A stretch of DNA of 64,000 nucleotides, taken from a virus. Position 1 is the first letter of the stretch. Every line of letters starts with the position of its first letter. The DNA is taken from the IMG/VR virus record IMGVR_UViG_3300036766_000889, one strand, 5' to 3'. Shown here piece by piece: positions 19,402 through 30,352 of this stretch. The position numbers and the translations under genes are program-made. The notes under the pieces were generated by a model. The model was not told where the DNA came from. It did not search any database and saw only the letters and a list, made by a program, of their open reading frames with translations.

Positions 19402-22206
19402 TTAGGGCTGGATCGGGTTTCCGAACAAATCCGACAAGCCCCCAATATCAAGACCATACGTAACAAAATCTTTCATCCCGCGAACTTGTACACGCAAAAC
19501 TCTTGGGTTACTCCAATATGATTCGCCAACCAGTAGTCCAGGCGGGCCAGTAAAACTGAGCTGAGCAAGCGTTACAGGTTCTTCGCGCATCGGCTTAGAA
19601 AAGAAGACATCGAGTTGGTCCTTTACCAATTTTTCTTTTGGCGACCCTCGTCCGGCTCCAGGTTCTGGTGAAGCAGATGCTATGAATGGTGGGTCAGATA
19701 CGCCCAAAAATGACGCGCTTATTCTTCTTGTTGTTGGTGACGGGCGTGAGTATGGGTCATTCGAAAGAACCTTCAGATCAGCTGTGATGGTATACTCAGA
19801 CCCATCAGTGAGACCATCGTAATGAAACATAATAGTGTCAAAAAGCTTAGAAAACTGTAGTCTTGGTCCTTTGGCATAATGGGACGAAAGGTTATTTCTA
19901 TGAGCAAAAAGTGCTCTGCTTAAAGCGATAGCGACGATAGAAGCTGATTTCAAATCAACCGCGTCTGGTTCGTAAACTGCGTCGGCCGAAGCCTGGAAAA
20001 TATGATATATACCATCAACATTTGCGACATGACGGTTATATACGCTTTTCAAAAAATTAACAGCCGTGACTATTGACTCTTCACTCATTGACGGAATGTT
20101 GGAATCGTTAAAGTCATCAAGTGTATCAGTTAGTATATGTACAGGAATTTGTCCTGATGGGGATACCCCAGATTCAGACAAATGAGTCCTGAAAACTTGC
20201 ATCAGTTCTTCTATGAGAGCTTGTATCGAATAGACGGACGTCTCAAGGGATATGCTTGTAACGTTGACAGGAAGACCATCCGTATTTGTTATCCGTACAT
20301 CTTCCGTTCTAGGCATAACGAGATCAGCGGATGTTCTAATGCTTAAAGAACGTTTGCGAGGTAGGACTGACATTAAACTAACTTCACCAAATGGTGAAGT
20401 TGTGAAAACGAACGGCGTATCTTGAAAATCAGCACTATTGAGATTTACCGTTATGGTATACTTCGGAATCGATGCTTCACTGACTAGTTTCAACCTGGCC
20501 GCATATGTAAACCCATCTCTAATGGGTGGTGCAGAATCGGGGTCAGCAAATGGAGTAGTAGAGTCAACTTCAACAGGAAACTCATAAATTATATGATTGT
20601 TGAAAACATCCTTCATTGTTGAAGAAATTGACAGAGCAGAAACTGGGTCTATCACAGTTTGAGGCGTTAGAGTATTAACATCGTCAAAATATAGGTGTGG
20701 AGGTCTAGAAGCCAAGTGCGCAACGTATTTTATCTGTAACTCGTTCAATAACGAAATAGCTTCTGATGTGGTTGTTATAGATGGAGTGATGCATTCTGGA
20801 TGCGAGTATGGAGCGTTCGGGGTGTTTACAGTATCCTCATATGAGTGCCATGGACCAAGTTCATGCATAGACAAACGAGTTTTGAGTTCATCAGCAATGA
20901 GTGACGCGGAGTATAAATCAGATGAGTCATTCGGATCTGCAGATGTAATAATATTTTCGTTGTCCGTAGCTATGTGATAAGGAATGACTCCGAACAACGC
21001 ACTTAGATGCGAGTTAAACCCGTATTTAAGAGCAGTGGCTAGTGATACAGCTTGTTGAATCGTAAATGCAGGTTCAAGGTCCACCACATCTGCCATGTCG
21101 GGGTTAGAATGTGATGGAACAGTAACGGAGTGTGAATTAAATTTTTCTAATAAATCATTCAGAAGTCCCGTTACTGACGCGACAGATGGCGGTGAATCGG
21201 CATCTGCAAAATGAACATTTTGAAATGACAAATGACTATTGAATTTAGACTTAAAATCTAAGCATATCGCAATAAGTGAAGGAGAATCAATAGGATCCGG
21301 AGCAGTGACTGGAAGAGAGTCACCAGAAAGGTGAACACCTTCTTTCGTAACATTCCATTTTGAAATGTCAGTTATATCAGTCGAAAGCATCGGGCAGCTA
21401 AAGAAAACGTCAACGTACGCGTTACGCTCTGCTGGAACTACCTTGCTAACATGTGCGGATGTGACTGTTGGAGTTGATATGTCAGCATAAGAAAAAGGAG
21501 GAGGAGAAGTAAGTCTCAAATCAAGAAAAACTTCACCGTCACCTGTATTAAAAGATGAGTCTGTGACTTTCTGATACTGAATTAGGAACTTATCTCCAGA
21601 AACGAGTCCGGGTTGAATTCTGAATCTTATGTTCGTTTCAGGAACGTCCGGAAAGCTTATAACCGGCAAAAGAACCGACATAGGTAAAACGGTGTCACCA
21701 ACAATGGGAAAAATCTGAGCAGTGGCGTAAATCGTAGACGTATCTCGAACCGATTTATCGAACACTATGTCGATACAAGACCTGTCAGAGAGGAAAGCTC
21801 CGACTGCTCGAGGTGGGGCTGGAACCGAAGCACTGAAGTTATAGGTAGAGGTTGAAGATATTCTGCCGTCCAGTGAATGAATGTCTTGAAGTAACAAAGA
21901 GTAAACAGCGGATAGTGTGAAGTCTCCAGAAAAAGTAACGGCGACAGATGTCATATCGCTATCAAAGAATTCAACTGAAATAGCAGAAGGTATGAAAATC
22001 TCTGGAACACCAAAAACTGGTGATAAAAAATAGGCTCTTGGCCTTAAAGCACTTTCGTCTACAGGAACCTCAAATACGACTCTTAGTGTAATAGAGTCAA
22101 GAACATGGACTCTAAAACCAAATGACGGTCCCTGATTGGGAAGAATGCCGAGAACAATCTTTCCTAGCAAACTTCCAGGCTGACCGAGGATAGACTGATT
22201 CGGCAC
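19402..22206 (-). CDS. Virion protein, 934 aa, with 9 His-helix repeats and Ig-like segments
   Basis: Same repeat as the adjacent gene; V.F...V/M Ig-like segments; GTG start. Confidence 0.75.
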   Translation of the reverse strand: MPNQSILGQPGSLLGKIVLGILPNQGPSFGFRVHVLDSITLRVVFEVPVDESALRPRAYFLSPVFGVPEIFIPSAISVEFFDSDMTSVAVTFSGDFTLSAVYSLLLQDIHSLDGRISSTSTYNFSASVPAPPRAVGAFLSDRSCIDIVFDKSVRDTSTIYATAQIFPIVGDTVLPMSVLLPVISFPDVPETNIRFRIQPGLVSGDKFLIQYQKVTDSSFNTGDGEVFLDLRLTSPPPFSYADISTPTVTSAHVSKVVPAERNAYVDVFFSCPMLSTDITDISKWNVTKEGVHLSGDSLPVTAPDPIDSPSLIAICLDFKSKFNSHLSFQNVHFADADSPPSVASVTGLLNDLLEKFNSHSVTVPSHSNPDMADVVDLEPAFTIQQAVSLATALKYGFNSHLSALFGVIPYHIATDNENIITSADPNDSSDLYSASLIADELKTRLSMHELGPWHSYEDTVNTPNAPYSHPECITPSITTTSEAISLLNELQIKYVAHLASRPPHLYFDDVNTLTPQTVIDPVSALSISSTMKDVFNNHIIYEFPVEVDSTTPFADPDSAPPIRDGFTYAARLKLVSEASIPKYTITVNLNSADFQDTPFVFTTSPFGEVSLMSVLPRKRSLSIRTSADLVMPRTEDVRITNTDGLPVNVTSISLETSVYSIQALIEELMQVFRTHLSESGVSPSGQIPVHILTDTLDDFNDSNIPSMSEESIVTAVNFLKSVYNRHVANVDGIYHIFQASADAVYEPDAVDLKSASIVAIALSRALFAHRNNLSSHYAKGPRLQFSKLFDTIMFHYDGLTDGSEYTITADLKVLSNDPYSRPSPTTRRISASFLGVSDPPFIASASPEPGAGRGSPKEKLVKDQLDVFFSKPMREEPVTLAQLSFTGPPGLLVGESYWSNPRVLRVQVRGMKDFVTYGLDIGGLSDLFGNPIQP

Positions 22207-22208
22207 TA

Positions 22209-22670
22209 TTAGCCCCTAGGATAGCGAAATAAACTCGCCATCTTTTCCATAGCACTTAGGTTCTCTTGTGTCTGAGTCTGACCTGTACGAATACAGACAA
22301 TATCACCGATTTCTGGATTTTTAAGTCCTTCCTGATTAGGGATGAAAATGTAGTTCGTTAGATCTCGAATCTGAAGCCTTCCGATTCCGATAGACTTAAT
22401 CGGCCCAGCGGCATTCTTAAACATTTCAAACTCACATTTATGATATGAAGACAAAATGGATGTTGATGTGAATCTCACCAAAACAGAACCGTTAGGAAGA
22501 ATAGTTGAGACTTCTCCCATCGGAGGATCCATAGTCTGATCTAGACCAGGGTTAGCAGACATCTTAGATGAGTTCCCTCCTTGAACACCAGAGACTGTTC
22601 TCATTTGCGTAGGTACAAAACCCGCATTTGAGTTTTGAAAAAGTAACTGTCCGGGTTTTTTGGGATCCAT
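22209..22670 (-). CDS. Hypothetical protein, 153 aa
   Basis: GGAGAG SD; co-oriented in the operon. Confidence 0.65.
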   Translation of the reverse strand: MDPKKPGQLLFQNSNAGFVPTQMRTVSGVQGGNSSKMSANPGLDQTMDPPMGEVSTILPNGSVLVRFTSTSILSSYHKCEFEMFKNAAGPIKSIGIGRLQIRDLTNYIFIPNQEGLKNPEIGDIVCIRTGQTQTQENLSAMEKMASLFRYPRG

Positions 22671-22678
22671 CTGTCAAC

Positions 22679-22716
22679 CTCTCCTAGAAAGTGTCCACGT
22701 TGAGCGTGCGAGCAAT
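22679..22716. repeat. 38-bp direct repeat; second copy at 23324-23361
   Basis: ctctcctagaaagt(g/a)tccacgttgagcgtgcgagc(a/g)at; encodes [10 protein letters not shown]-stop plus an SD on the minus strand. Confidence 0.95.
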
Positions 22717-22725
22717 GTTTACCCG

Positions 22726-23313
22726 TCATCGGTTATCGACGATCGCGTTGATGCTATCTAGCGTGGTCGCCGCCACCACCTGTGCCTTCAACGCAGCTCC
22801 GCCATCGCGGATTGCGCGGATTGCAGTCACAGCCGCAGCATGGAACTCCTCGACCGCCGCCGCGTCTTCCAGCGATACGGAATCGAGATCGTTCTTCACG
22901 AAGAAGACGACCGGATACGCGAAACTTGGCGCATTTCTGCTGTTGAATGCGCCAGTTATGTTCAACTGCGACACCTCGGACAAACCAAACAGTTTGCCGC
23001 TTGCAGAAGGATACTCGAAGCCACCAGCCGCAATCAGCTCAGACGTCTTAGATTTGATGGCCCTGAGTTTTCCCTCCTTGAGCGCGACGAGCACTTTGGA
23101 AGGCTGGTTGTGCGTAGCAACCACTGCGTTCAGCAGCGATCGATCCCCTTGCGACACCGGCCCCGCGAAACCAATGCGCAGCCCCGATCGAAGACCTCGC
23201 ACAAGAGACGGTCGCTGTGAAAGCCCAGCTTCCGCCAGCTCTTTTGCGAGCGCGGAATAATCGACTTCACCGTTCGCTGTTGCGGAGAAGGGGTATTCAA
23301 CAATGACGTTCAT
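22726..23313 (-). CDS. DUF4376-like tail-fibre-associated protein, 195 aa
   Basis: K...I..KT.ELIAAGGFEY....F..S..SQLNI and LKAQVVAATTLDSINAI; lies directly downstream of the fibre gene. Confidence 0.75.
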   Translation of the reverse strand: MNVIVEYPFSATANGEVDYSALAKELAEAGLSQRPSLVRGLRSGLRIGFAGPVSQGDRSLLNAVVATHNQPSKVLVALKEGKLRAIKSKTSELIAAGGFEYPSASGKLFGLSEVSQLNITGAFNSRNAPSFAYPVVFFVKNDLDSVSLEDAAAVEEFHAAAVTAIRAIRDGGAALKAQVVAATTLDSINAIVDNR

Positions 23314-23328
23314 GTGCGACCAGCTCTC

Positions 23329-24864
23329 CTAGAAAGTATCCACGTTGAGCGTGCGAGCGATTGTAAACAACGTGCCTGCGAGGACTACGCGACGACCGTT
23401 GGAAGCGAGAGCGGCTCCGTTGGGGTTGATGTTGAAACCAAGCTCGCCTGGGTTTCCAGGGCAAAAAACTTGAGACCACGGCTGATCCAAGCCTTGCAGA
23501 GAAACGTGAAGCCCGCCCAGGTTGTCTCCCACTGTTGAGTGCGCGACAAAGGCTTGGACGCCGCTGAAGTACGCGATATGCGGGATGTAGTTGTAACGAC
23601 CGGCAATCGGACCAGGCGGAAACACGTCTGCACGTTGCGTCCAGGTGATGCCGTCCGGCGACGATATGATGTACGCAAAGCTATCAAGACCGTTGTAGCC
23701 GACAGCAACAAACTCGCCATTGCCAAAGGCAACGTCTTCAAGCGACACGAAGTTCGCGGCAATTGAAGGAGACGTCCGGGAGGTCCAGGTCACTCCGTTA
23801 GACGACGTCAGGATGACTCCGCGATCCGCAGCCGGTCCATTGCCAACGGCGACAAACGTCCCATTACCATAAGCGATTCCATACAGTGACACGGGGAGGA
23901 TTTCGGGTTGTGGGCGATGAGTCCAGGTGACTCCGTCTGGAGAACTTTGAATTTCTCCAGAAAGGCCAACTGCCACCCACATGCCGCCGCCAAAGACCAC
24001 ATCTTCCAGTGTCGATGCAGGGAAGAAACCGGCCCCGACCGTTCTTTGGACAGTGGCACCGAATAAAGTGTCCAGCGTGTGGATTACCATGTTACCAGGC
24101 GCGTACCCGCCCACAAGAACGAACCTACCAACGCCGTCGCTCGCAACGCCTGTGAAGGTGCCCGAAAAAACGGATCCCGGCGTTACCTGTACCCAGTATT
24201 TGGCATCAGCATAGGAAGCAAAAACGGAAGCGCGGGTACCGAACGGTGAACCACCGCACGTCTCGCCACATACCACCCAATACTCGTTTGGGAAGCCGAA
24301 ATCGGTGAGAGGACCAGATGCTGCCGCACGAAGGTCATTCGTGCCAGTTGGGCTTGGCGCATACGGAATCTCGATATTGAAAGCCAACGGTCCTTGAGGA
24401 CCAGGACCGGTAGGTCCCTGAAGTCCGGTAGGTCCCTGAAGTCCGGTAGGTCCCTGAAGTCCGGTGAACCCTTGAGGACCAGTAGCGCCCTGAGGACCAG
24501 TAGGTCCCTGAAGTCCGACCGATCCAATAGACCCAGTGGGTCCAAGCGGGCCAACAGGACCAAGTGCCCCGGTAGGACCAGCAAAATCCTGAGTAAGTTT
24601 ACTAAGAGCACCAGCCGTCAAAACATGAAAACATGCCGCCCCGGATTGGTGAGAATTCGGAATTGTCCCCTCTACCCCACGCTGAACGGAAAATACGTTC
24701 CCGGTAACACCAACAACAAGCATTATCTCGCTATCGATGAGGATTCGAAATTGGGGTTGAAGAGGGAATATGGAACCGGAGGTAACCTGACAAAAGCCCA
24801 CAGATGAGTCCATGGATAGGTTAATGGTCCCCTGAGAATTATTAGCAAAACGTTCAAGTGCCAT
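23329..24864 (-). CDS. Tail fibre with collagen Gly-X-Y linker and BNR/propeller-like receptor-binding domain, 511 aa
   Basis: N-terminal IDSEIM..V.RG.EGT...H anchor; GPTG repeats; repeated V.FG.G..VAVG...I.SS.DG.TWT.R. Confidence 0.85.
   Translation of the reverse strand: MALERFANNSQGTINLSMDSSVGFCQVTSGSIFPLQPQFRILIDSEIMLVVGVTGNVFSVQRGVEGTIPNSHQSGAACFHVLTAGALSKLTQDFAGPTGALGPVGPLGPTGSIGSVGLQGPTGPQGATGPQGFTGLQGPTGLQGPTGLQGPTGPGPQGPLAFNIEIPYAPSPTGTNDLRAAASGPLTDFGFPNEYWVVCGETCGGSPFGTRASVFASYADAKYWVQVTPGSVFSGTFTGVASDGVGRFVLVGGYAPGNMVIHTLDTLFGATVQRTVGAGFFPASTLEDVVFGGGMWVAVGLSGEIQSSPDGVTWTHRPQPEILPVSLYGIAYGNGTFVAVGNGPAADRGVILTSSNGVTWTSRTSPSIAANFVSLEDVAFGNGEFVAVGYNGLDSFAYIISSPDGITWTQRADVFPPGPIAGRYNYIPHIAYFSGVQAFVAHSTVGDNLGGLHVSLQGLDQPWSQVFCPGNPGELGFNINPNGAALASNGRRVVLAGTLFTIARTLNVDTF
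24407..24465. repeat. 18-bp tandem repeat x3.3 (GLQGPT)
   Basis: ccggtaggtccctgaagt, three perfect copies. Confidence 0.95.
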
Positions 24865-24917
24865 ATTAATTACTCAGCATAAGAGACCCAGTCCATTAAC
24901 CCAAATCAACAAATATT

Positions 24918-25727
24918 CTAGTAGTCGTTGCTATGATCCTCATTGGTCACATTCACGGCTTTTTTAAACCCTTTTCTATCTAAACCAGCAACACCTTCTG
25001 TGAATTTCCGAAAGTCTTCGTATGAATAATTCGATAAAATTGATTTAGAAGAGTCCCCAATCTTTCCTTTATGGGATTGGGTTCTCTTCCCTAGATAAAC
25101 ATCCTGCAAAATGAACTTTAGGTTGTAGAGAGTATGAGATGGTCTAATGATGGAAAGAAGAATGCGTATATTTTTTTCTGCAAGAATTGTATTGATGGAC
25201 CCGGGGTTTGGAAGAACAACATCTATTGTTATACCAAACTCGTCAGAAATATCATAACCGGAGTCTTTCTTTCTACCATTAAGAAAGTTCTCACGAACTA
25301 TTATATTTCCTCCAGTAACGAGTTCAACAGCCTTTTGAATTGATTGAGGTATACTTCCATTGAAATAAACCGATATGACTTGGTTTAAGAAATCTCTAAA
25401 CTCAATGTCTGTTTTCTCAATGTCCGGTGCCCCGTCTGTACCTGGAAAAACGGAAGATGTAAGAATTTGATATAAGAATTCAGTTCTTGTAGTTGAGTAT
25501 GACTGGTCGATCTGAATATCTTCAAGTGATAAACGAAGACGCGCAATCGAAATTGCCATGGCCTTCACTTCACGAGCATATAACGGACCGTCGATGGAAG
25601 ACTTCCAGTAATCAGAAAGCAACGATAAAATAATCTTGAAGTTACGTTGAGACTCGTCATCGAGTCTTGATATCCACTCTTCACCGGCTTCGTACGTATT
25701 GAAATTTTTGCGGACTATTATGGCCAT
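24918..25727 (-). CDS. Baseplate wedge protein, gpI/gp7-like
   Basis: D.EFRDFL...G....I and IIRPSHT motifs; immediately after the gpJ-like gene. Confidence 0.65.
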   Translation of the reverse strand: MAIIVRKNFNTYEAGEEWISRLDDESQRNFKIILSLLSDYWKSSIDGPLYAREVKAMAISIARLRLSLEDIQIDQSYSTTRTEFLYQILTSSVFPGTDGAPDIEKTDIEFRDFLNQVISVYFNGSIPQSIQKAVELVTGGNIIVRENFLNGRKKDSGYDISDEFGITIDVVLPNPGSINTILAEKNIRILLSIIRPSHTLYNLKFILQDVYLGKRTQSHKGKIGDSSKSILSNYSYEDFRKFTEGVAGLDRKGFKKAVNVTNEDHSNDY

Positions 25728-25731
25728 AATA

Positions 25732-28700
25732 TCAAGCCGGTCGGTAGGTAATCGTTATGTCGCCCGGGGTAACGTACTCAATAGAAGAAACATTAATATC
25801 TTTGGATCCTAAATCTCCATGTACGACGTATGTAACTGAGAAACTGTGCATCGACGGTACATCAGGCGGACTTTGACTATTATCAAGAGAAAGGAACACT
25901 TTGTTAGCGGTAAGAGAAAGACGTTTTGAAGTTATGTCTTCTTGACCCACCCCATCAGCAAGAAGAGTCGCGTCATCTGAGTATCCCTGTATGACAGAAC
26001 CTTTGGCCCCGATCACCCAGGCTTGATTCGGGTAATAACCAACAGTGTCGATTGATTCCGATTGAATCATAACGAGATTATCTTTGAAAACGCCATTGAA
26101 TACGTTTTTGTCAACACCGCTGTCAACAGTATTGAATGGAAGAGGTTGATCAAGTACGTATACGGCATTTGCAAAGAGTGACAAACTAGGAACAAATATA
26201 TAGTCAGATGGGATTGGTTCACGAATACGCACGGCCCCATCTTTAAGAGTCATCTTAAAGAATGGCTGTATGATATAATCAACGCCGGTAACACTTTTCA
26301 TTGCAGCAGTTATATCAGTCTGGTAGATTGATTGACCAACTCCCTTACCATCCGTCATTACAGTAATGGCAGTCCTTATATTTGAATCAACAGTAGCTTG
26401 CACCGAGTTCGGTTTAAGTTGAACGGTAGCTTCAATTGACAAAGGATTTTCAGTTGCTTGCTTTGCTATTGCATCAGCTGTCGTGTGCTTTGATTTGTTA
26501 ATGTTAGCCTGAAGCTGTTGAAGTACATCGTTAACGACATACGTGATAACAAAGTTCTCATCATGTTCGTAATCAACTGATACGACAGACCCAGTATTGA
26601 TTGCCGAATCAGCAGAACGAATGATCTTAGCTGGTACTGTCTGCGTTCCGGAAATGATAAAGTAATCGGGGTTTACCGTATTCGGACCGTTGTAGACTAA
26701 AGAACGATCCTTCGAAAGAACTTTGATAGTCAGTACGTTCACACCGACTTTCCCGAGTGATTCAACAAACTCTCCTATCATGACATGTTGTTCATCGTTC
26801 ACCGGGATAAGAATACCACTCGGAACTCCGTCAACCTGTTCGATAGAAACATAATCTTGAGAGATCGTGCTTTCACCTTCAACGAGCTGGTCCTGATTTT
26901 TATATAAAGAAAAACCAGAAGATGAATCCAGTTCGCCAGATGATTCGCCTACAACAGAAACCACGCGACGAACTGGCTGAATTTTAGATATAAACCGGTT
27001 ACTGCTTTGATACCTATAATCACCTTCAATAAAATCATCAAATCTTGTTTCAGGTTGGGGTATTAAAGTAGACACCTTAATAGTTCGGTAATCTATGATC
27101 ATAACGCCAGTAAGGTCATAAGATGAAGTAGGAAAGTTTGAGTGGTTCCTCAGTCCAAAATTTTGAGAAGGGTTATATAACATTTCCTGAATTGAAGATT
27201 GAGGCGACAGACGTGAATCTCTAGCTCTAAAAATGAGCTCCGATGAATCAACAATTTCAAATCTTACAGATTGTGCGATATTGAATTGAAACGCAAACGT
27301 TTCCGATACAGTTCTTTCCAACAGTCCCTTTACGTATAAGTCTACTTTTCCACCCGTGTGTTTAAAACGGACCGGATCCCAATCACGCATCATGAACTCG
27401 TCACCAGACTTAACAACTAGTGCTTGGAAAACCCCGGGAGTCCCATTCGCAATTCTCTCATACCCACCGGATGTTCCAGTATCAAGAGATGAAAGAGCGT
27501 TAAGACAATCCTCGGATAAGTCAAGATTGTTTTGACGGTCACTACCAAAATTAGATGCAACATCATTAATAGTTGATAGTCCTGACGCTCCAGATGTGAC
27601 AGTGTTAAGATCGCCAGCAGGAACATTTCCAATGGAACCAGGCGATTCCGCTATCATCTGAACCTGAATCTCGTATCGCTTACTATCGTTATTGTAATAA
27701 GCTTGAGCATTTGCCGCAAATAACGTCACTTGGCCGAAAGATCTGAATCTTGGGGCCGTTGAATTTTGGTTAGAAGCAACCACGGCATTCTGCGAAACAA
27801 CAAGATTCCTTGTTGGTTTCGTCATTGTGTAAAATGTCTGAAGAACCGACGCAAATTTTTGACCTTTACGTTTTCTCCCGTAATTTTGAGCAAGTGAATC
27901 AAAAGCCCCATCTATGAGAGACTGGACAGATGTGTCATCGGAAACATTCAAAGCCGTTTTTAGGTTCGATTTGTATGCCGAATTTGCAACAAGAACAGAT
28001 GTTCCTGTCATTCCAGGGTCGTCAATTGCAAGAAGAGCTGGAAAAGATTTAGCACGATGAACGAAGTCCAAAAGAAAGTAAGCTTTTTGGATTTCGTTAG
28101 AAAATGGTTCTATATGAACTTCACGAATGGTAGAACCGGGTATGAGAGACAACGTTGGTTCGGTTTTCGAAATTTCGTTAATGTAGTCAGCTGCAACTTG
28201 ACGTTGATCTCTGATTTTTATGCCGCGAATTTGAGTATCGAGCGGTAACGGTCCACCGGAAACTTCTGGAGAGAAACGACTCTCCATCAATTGACTTGTC
28301 GTAGGATCCGTATATACAGCCGTTACAACGTAAAAAATCGGGTCATCGGGTTGAACGGCAGAAAACGTATCAGTGTTAAGTATACCAGCATTTGCAGTCG
28401 AGTTTCTGTTGTGGTTGAAAACGAACTGTTTCAACTCAGTACGACGAATGATTTCACCGTGGAAGCTGAAATCCGGACTAGCAAACAACGGCCAAGACGT
28501 AGTACCCTTTAGCTCACTGATCTCACCGGTTATTGAATCCGCAGTTTGTAACTGCACCTGAAGCTCTAAATTTTCGTCAGGTTCAGTGAAATTATAAGTG
28601 AAATCAAGCATAACCGTCTCGTCTGTGACGGTTTCCGTAGCTTTTGAGCTCGGGATGATATCAAGATTTATTTTAAGATAACCATTCGTTCCGCCACCGG

Positions 28701-29160
28701 CTGCCGGAGAACCATATACGTTGTACCCAACAGCGGATTCAGAGTTCAGATTTGACCAAACAATATCTAGAGTAGTTGCTCGACGTCTAACATTCAAACC
28801 AGATGGGGGAGCAAAAGCTAGTTGGGACTCAACACTTGGAACAGCGTTTACTGTAACAGTAGATGGGGTGCTTACTGAACCTGATATGTCAACTGACCTG
28901 ATCTGGATAGTATTATACCCGGTCTCTAAAGCTATACCCTCGGGGAAGCTTAACGGGTTAGGCACTCTAAAATTCGGCAGAACGAGGCCGACGAGAGTGG
29001 GGTCCGACACAAACCCGGCATCGTTAATGTTGATCTGAACATCAACAGTGTTCGGATCAACAGTTCCAGAAAATTGGATCCCACGAAGATTCGTGGTAAC
29101 GACCAGGTTCGTGGTTGTACCAGTACTATCGAATAGGTTAATTCTCGGTGCTGTCGCCAT
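25732..29160 (-). CDS. Baseplate J/gp6-like wedge protein, 1142 aa
   Basis: IPGSTIRE, DSLAQNYG..RK, AESPGSIGNVPAG, GSDRQ....., GGKVDLYV, G..IY.TDI......VTGVDY. Confidence 0.85.
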   Translation of the reverse strand: MATAPRINLFDSTGTTTNLVVTTNLRGIQFSGTVDPNTVDVQININDAGFVSDPTLVGLVLPNFRVPNPLSFPEGIALETGYNTIQIRSVDISGSVSTPSTVTVNAVPSVESQLAFAPPSGLNVRRRATTLDIVWSNLNSESAVGYNVYGSPAAGGGTNGYLKINLDIIPSSKATETVTDETVMLDFTYNFTEPDENLELQVQLQTADSITGEISELKGTTSWPLFASPDFSFHGEIIRRTELKQFVFNHNRNSTANAGILNTDTFSAVQPDDPIFYVVTAVYTDPTTSQLMESRFSPEVSGGPLPLDTQIRGIKIRDQRQVAADYINEISKTEPTLSLIPGSTIREVHIEPFSNEIQKAYFLLDFVHRAKSFPALLAIDDPGMTGTSVLVANSAYKSNLKTALNVSDDTSVQSLIDGAFDSLAQNYGRKRKGQKFASVLQTFYTMTKPTRNLVVSQNAVVASNQNSTAPRFRSFGQVTLFAANAQAYYNNDSKRYEIQVQMIAESPGSIGNVPAGDLNTVTSGASGLSTINDVASNFGSDRQNNLDLSEDCLNALSSLDTGTSGGYERIANGTPGVFQALVVKSGDEFMMRDWDPVRFKHTGGKVDLYVKGLLERTVSETFAFQFNIAQSVRFEIVDSSELIFRARDSRLSPQSSIQEMLYNPSQNFGLRNHSNFPTSSYDLTGVMIIDYRTIKVSTLIPQPETRFDDFIEGDYRYQSSNRFISKIQPVRRVVSVVGESSGELDSSSGFSLYKNQDQLVEGESTISQDYVSIEQVDGVPSGILIPVNDEQHVMIGEFVESLGKVGVNVLTIKVLSKDRSLVYNGPNTVNPDYFIISGTQTVPAKIIRSADSAINTGSVVSVDYEHDENFVITYVVNDVLQQLQANINKSKHTTADAIAKQATENPLSIEATVQLKPNSVQATVDSNIRTAITVMTDGKGVGQSIYQTDITAAMKSVTGVDYIIQPFFKMTLKDGAVRIREPIPSDYIFVPSLSLFANAVYVLDQPLPFNTVDSGVDKNVFNGVFKDNLVMIQSESIDTVGYYPNQAWVIGAKGSVIQGYSDDATLLADGVGQEDITSKRLSLTANKVFLSLDNSQSPPDVPSMHSFSVTYVVHGDLGSKDINVSSIEYVTPGDITITYRPA

Positions 29161-29194
29161 GTTGACGACTATACCTGATAGAAAGCCTGATGAA

Positions 29195-30352
29195 CTAGAC
29201 TATTCTGAACGATTTACCACCGGAGGAGAGAAAGAATGGATTCGGGTTACCAATTAGTCTTTTCAGAACCACTGGTTCACGGCTTCTAGATGTTATTCCC
29301 GTAACAACTACGGCAACTGTCGGATCCTCGTCTGGAACTTGAACAGTCAAGCTCCCAAGAGAGTATGGAAACTCCGCGTCAGAAACTTCCTGAAACGGGA
29401 ATTGTTGGTCCTGCTGCATTTTAATATTCTGATATGTTTTGAAGGTCTGGCTGATATCAAGAGTGATGAGAGAAGATGCTGATACCCCTCCAGTTATATT
29501 CTTACCACCTATACGATCGGTTAATCTAGACCCCAACCAAGGCCATTTGAAGTGCGATCCGGCTCTCGTAAATAAAAATTTCCCGAATTCTTGAGCAAGC
29601 AGATCAGAGTCTGTAACTGTTTCATATGATCCATTTAATGGGCTATAGTCAAATTCAATTTGAATCCCATGACATCTTCGACAGTTAGATGGAATTGTGA
29701 AATATCCAATCTGAAAAGTTGGACTGGAATTTCTAATCGGTTCTGAAAATTTGATTAGTTTCCCATTCCCGCCAGCGACAAGGGTGAGATCATCATCTAT
29801 AATATTCCAGGAAGGAAAAGTCCTTCGACTAACAACTTTCCTACCAGGTATTATCCCAATTTGAGTGTATCCGGCGAGCACCCGATGTGTGGTAGGTAAA
29901 GAACTTGTACGATCTGTCCATCGTGGATCTGGGAATGAAAACGAAACGGCCGATGGGCCAGATATTGGAGATTTAAAGAACACCCTTCCGTTGGAGGATG
30001 TAATGGATAATTCAGGTATCTTTAAAGATAAATCTTTCGCCAGGTCAAAAGCTTTTACGTTATTTCCGGAGATCATCTGAATCAGTCTGGACATCCCAGA
30101 GCCGACTTGAACGTATAGCATGTCGCTAACGCCAGAAACTATTCTATATGGTTCTATGCGAGATAGTGGAAGTTCTGGAACAGACCATATTCCGGATGGA
30201 GGAACAAACATCCCGTCCATCCAAACAGTGACGTTTGAATTGGACGGGTTCTTCGGAAATCTGATTGAGTCGTCTGAGTCAGCGATAAGACTAACAGTCT
30301 CGAGCTTCACTTCGTGGGAACAAACTTTTTCCAACGCGAAATCGTAACTCAT
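29195..30352 (-). CDS. Baseplate protein with C-terminal gp25-like domain
   Basis: LLAQEFGKFLFTRAGSH...WLGSRL pattern, CxxC motif; position just before the gpJ-like gene. Confidence 0.6.
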   Translation of the reverse strand: MSYDFALEKVCSHEVKLETVSLIADSDDSIRFPKNPSNSNVTVWMDGMFVPPSGIWSVPELPLSRIEPYRIVSGVSDMLYVQVGSGMSRLIQMISGNNVKAFDLAKDLSLKIPELSITSSNGRVFFKSPISGPSAVSFSFPDPRWTDRTSSLPTTHRVLAGYTQIGIIPGRKVVSRRTFPSWNIIDDDLTLVAGGNGKLIKFSEPIRNSSPTFQIGYFTIPSNCRRCHGIQIEFDYSPLNGSYETVTDSDLLAQEFGKFLFTRAGSHFKWPWLGSRLTDRIGGKNITGGVSASSLITLDISQTFKTYQNIKMQQDQQFPFQEVSDAEFPYSLGSLTVQVPDEDPTVAVVVTGITSRSREPVVLKRLIGNPNPFFLSSGGKSFRIV

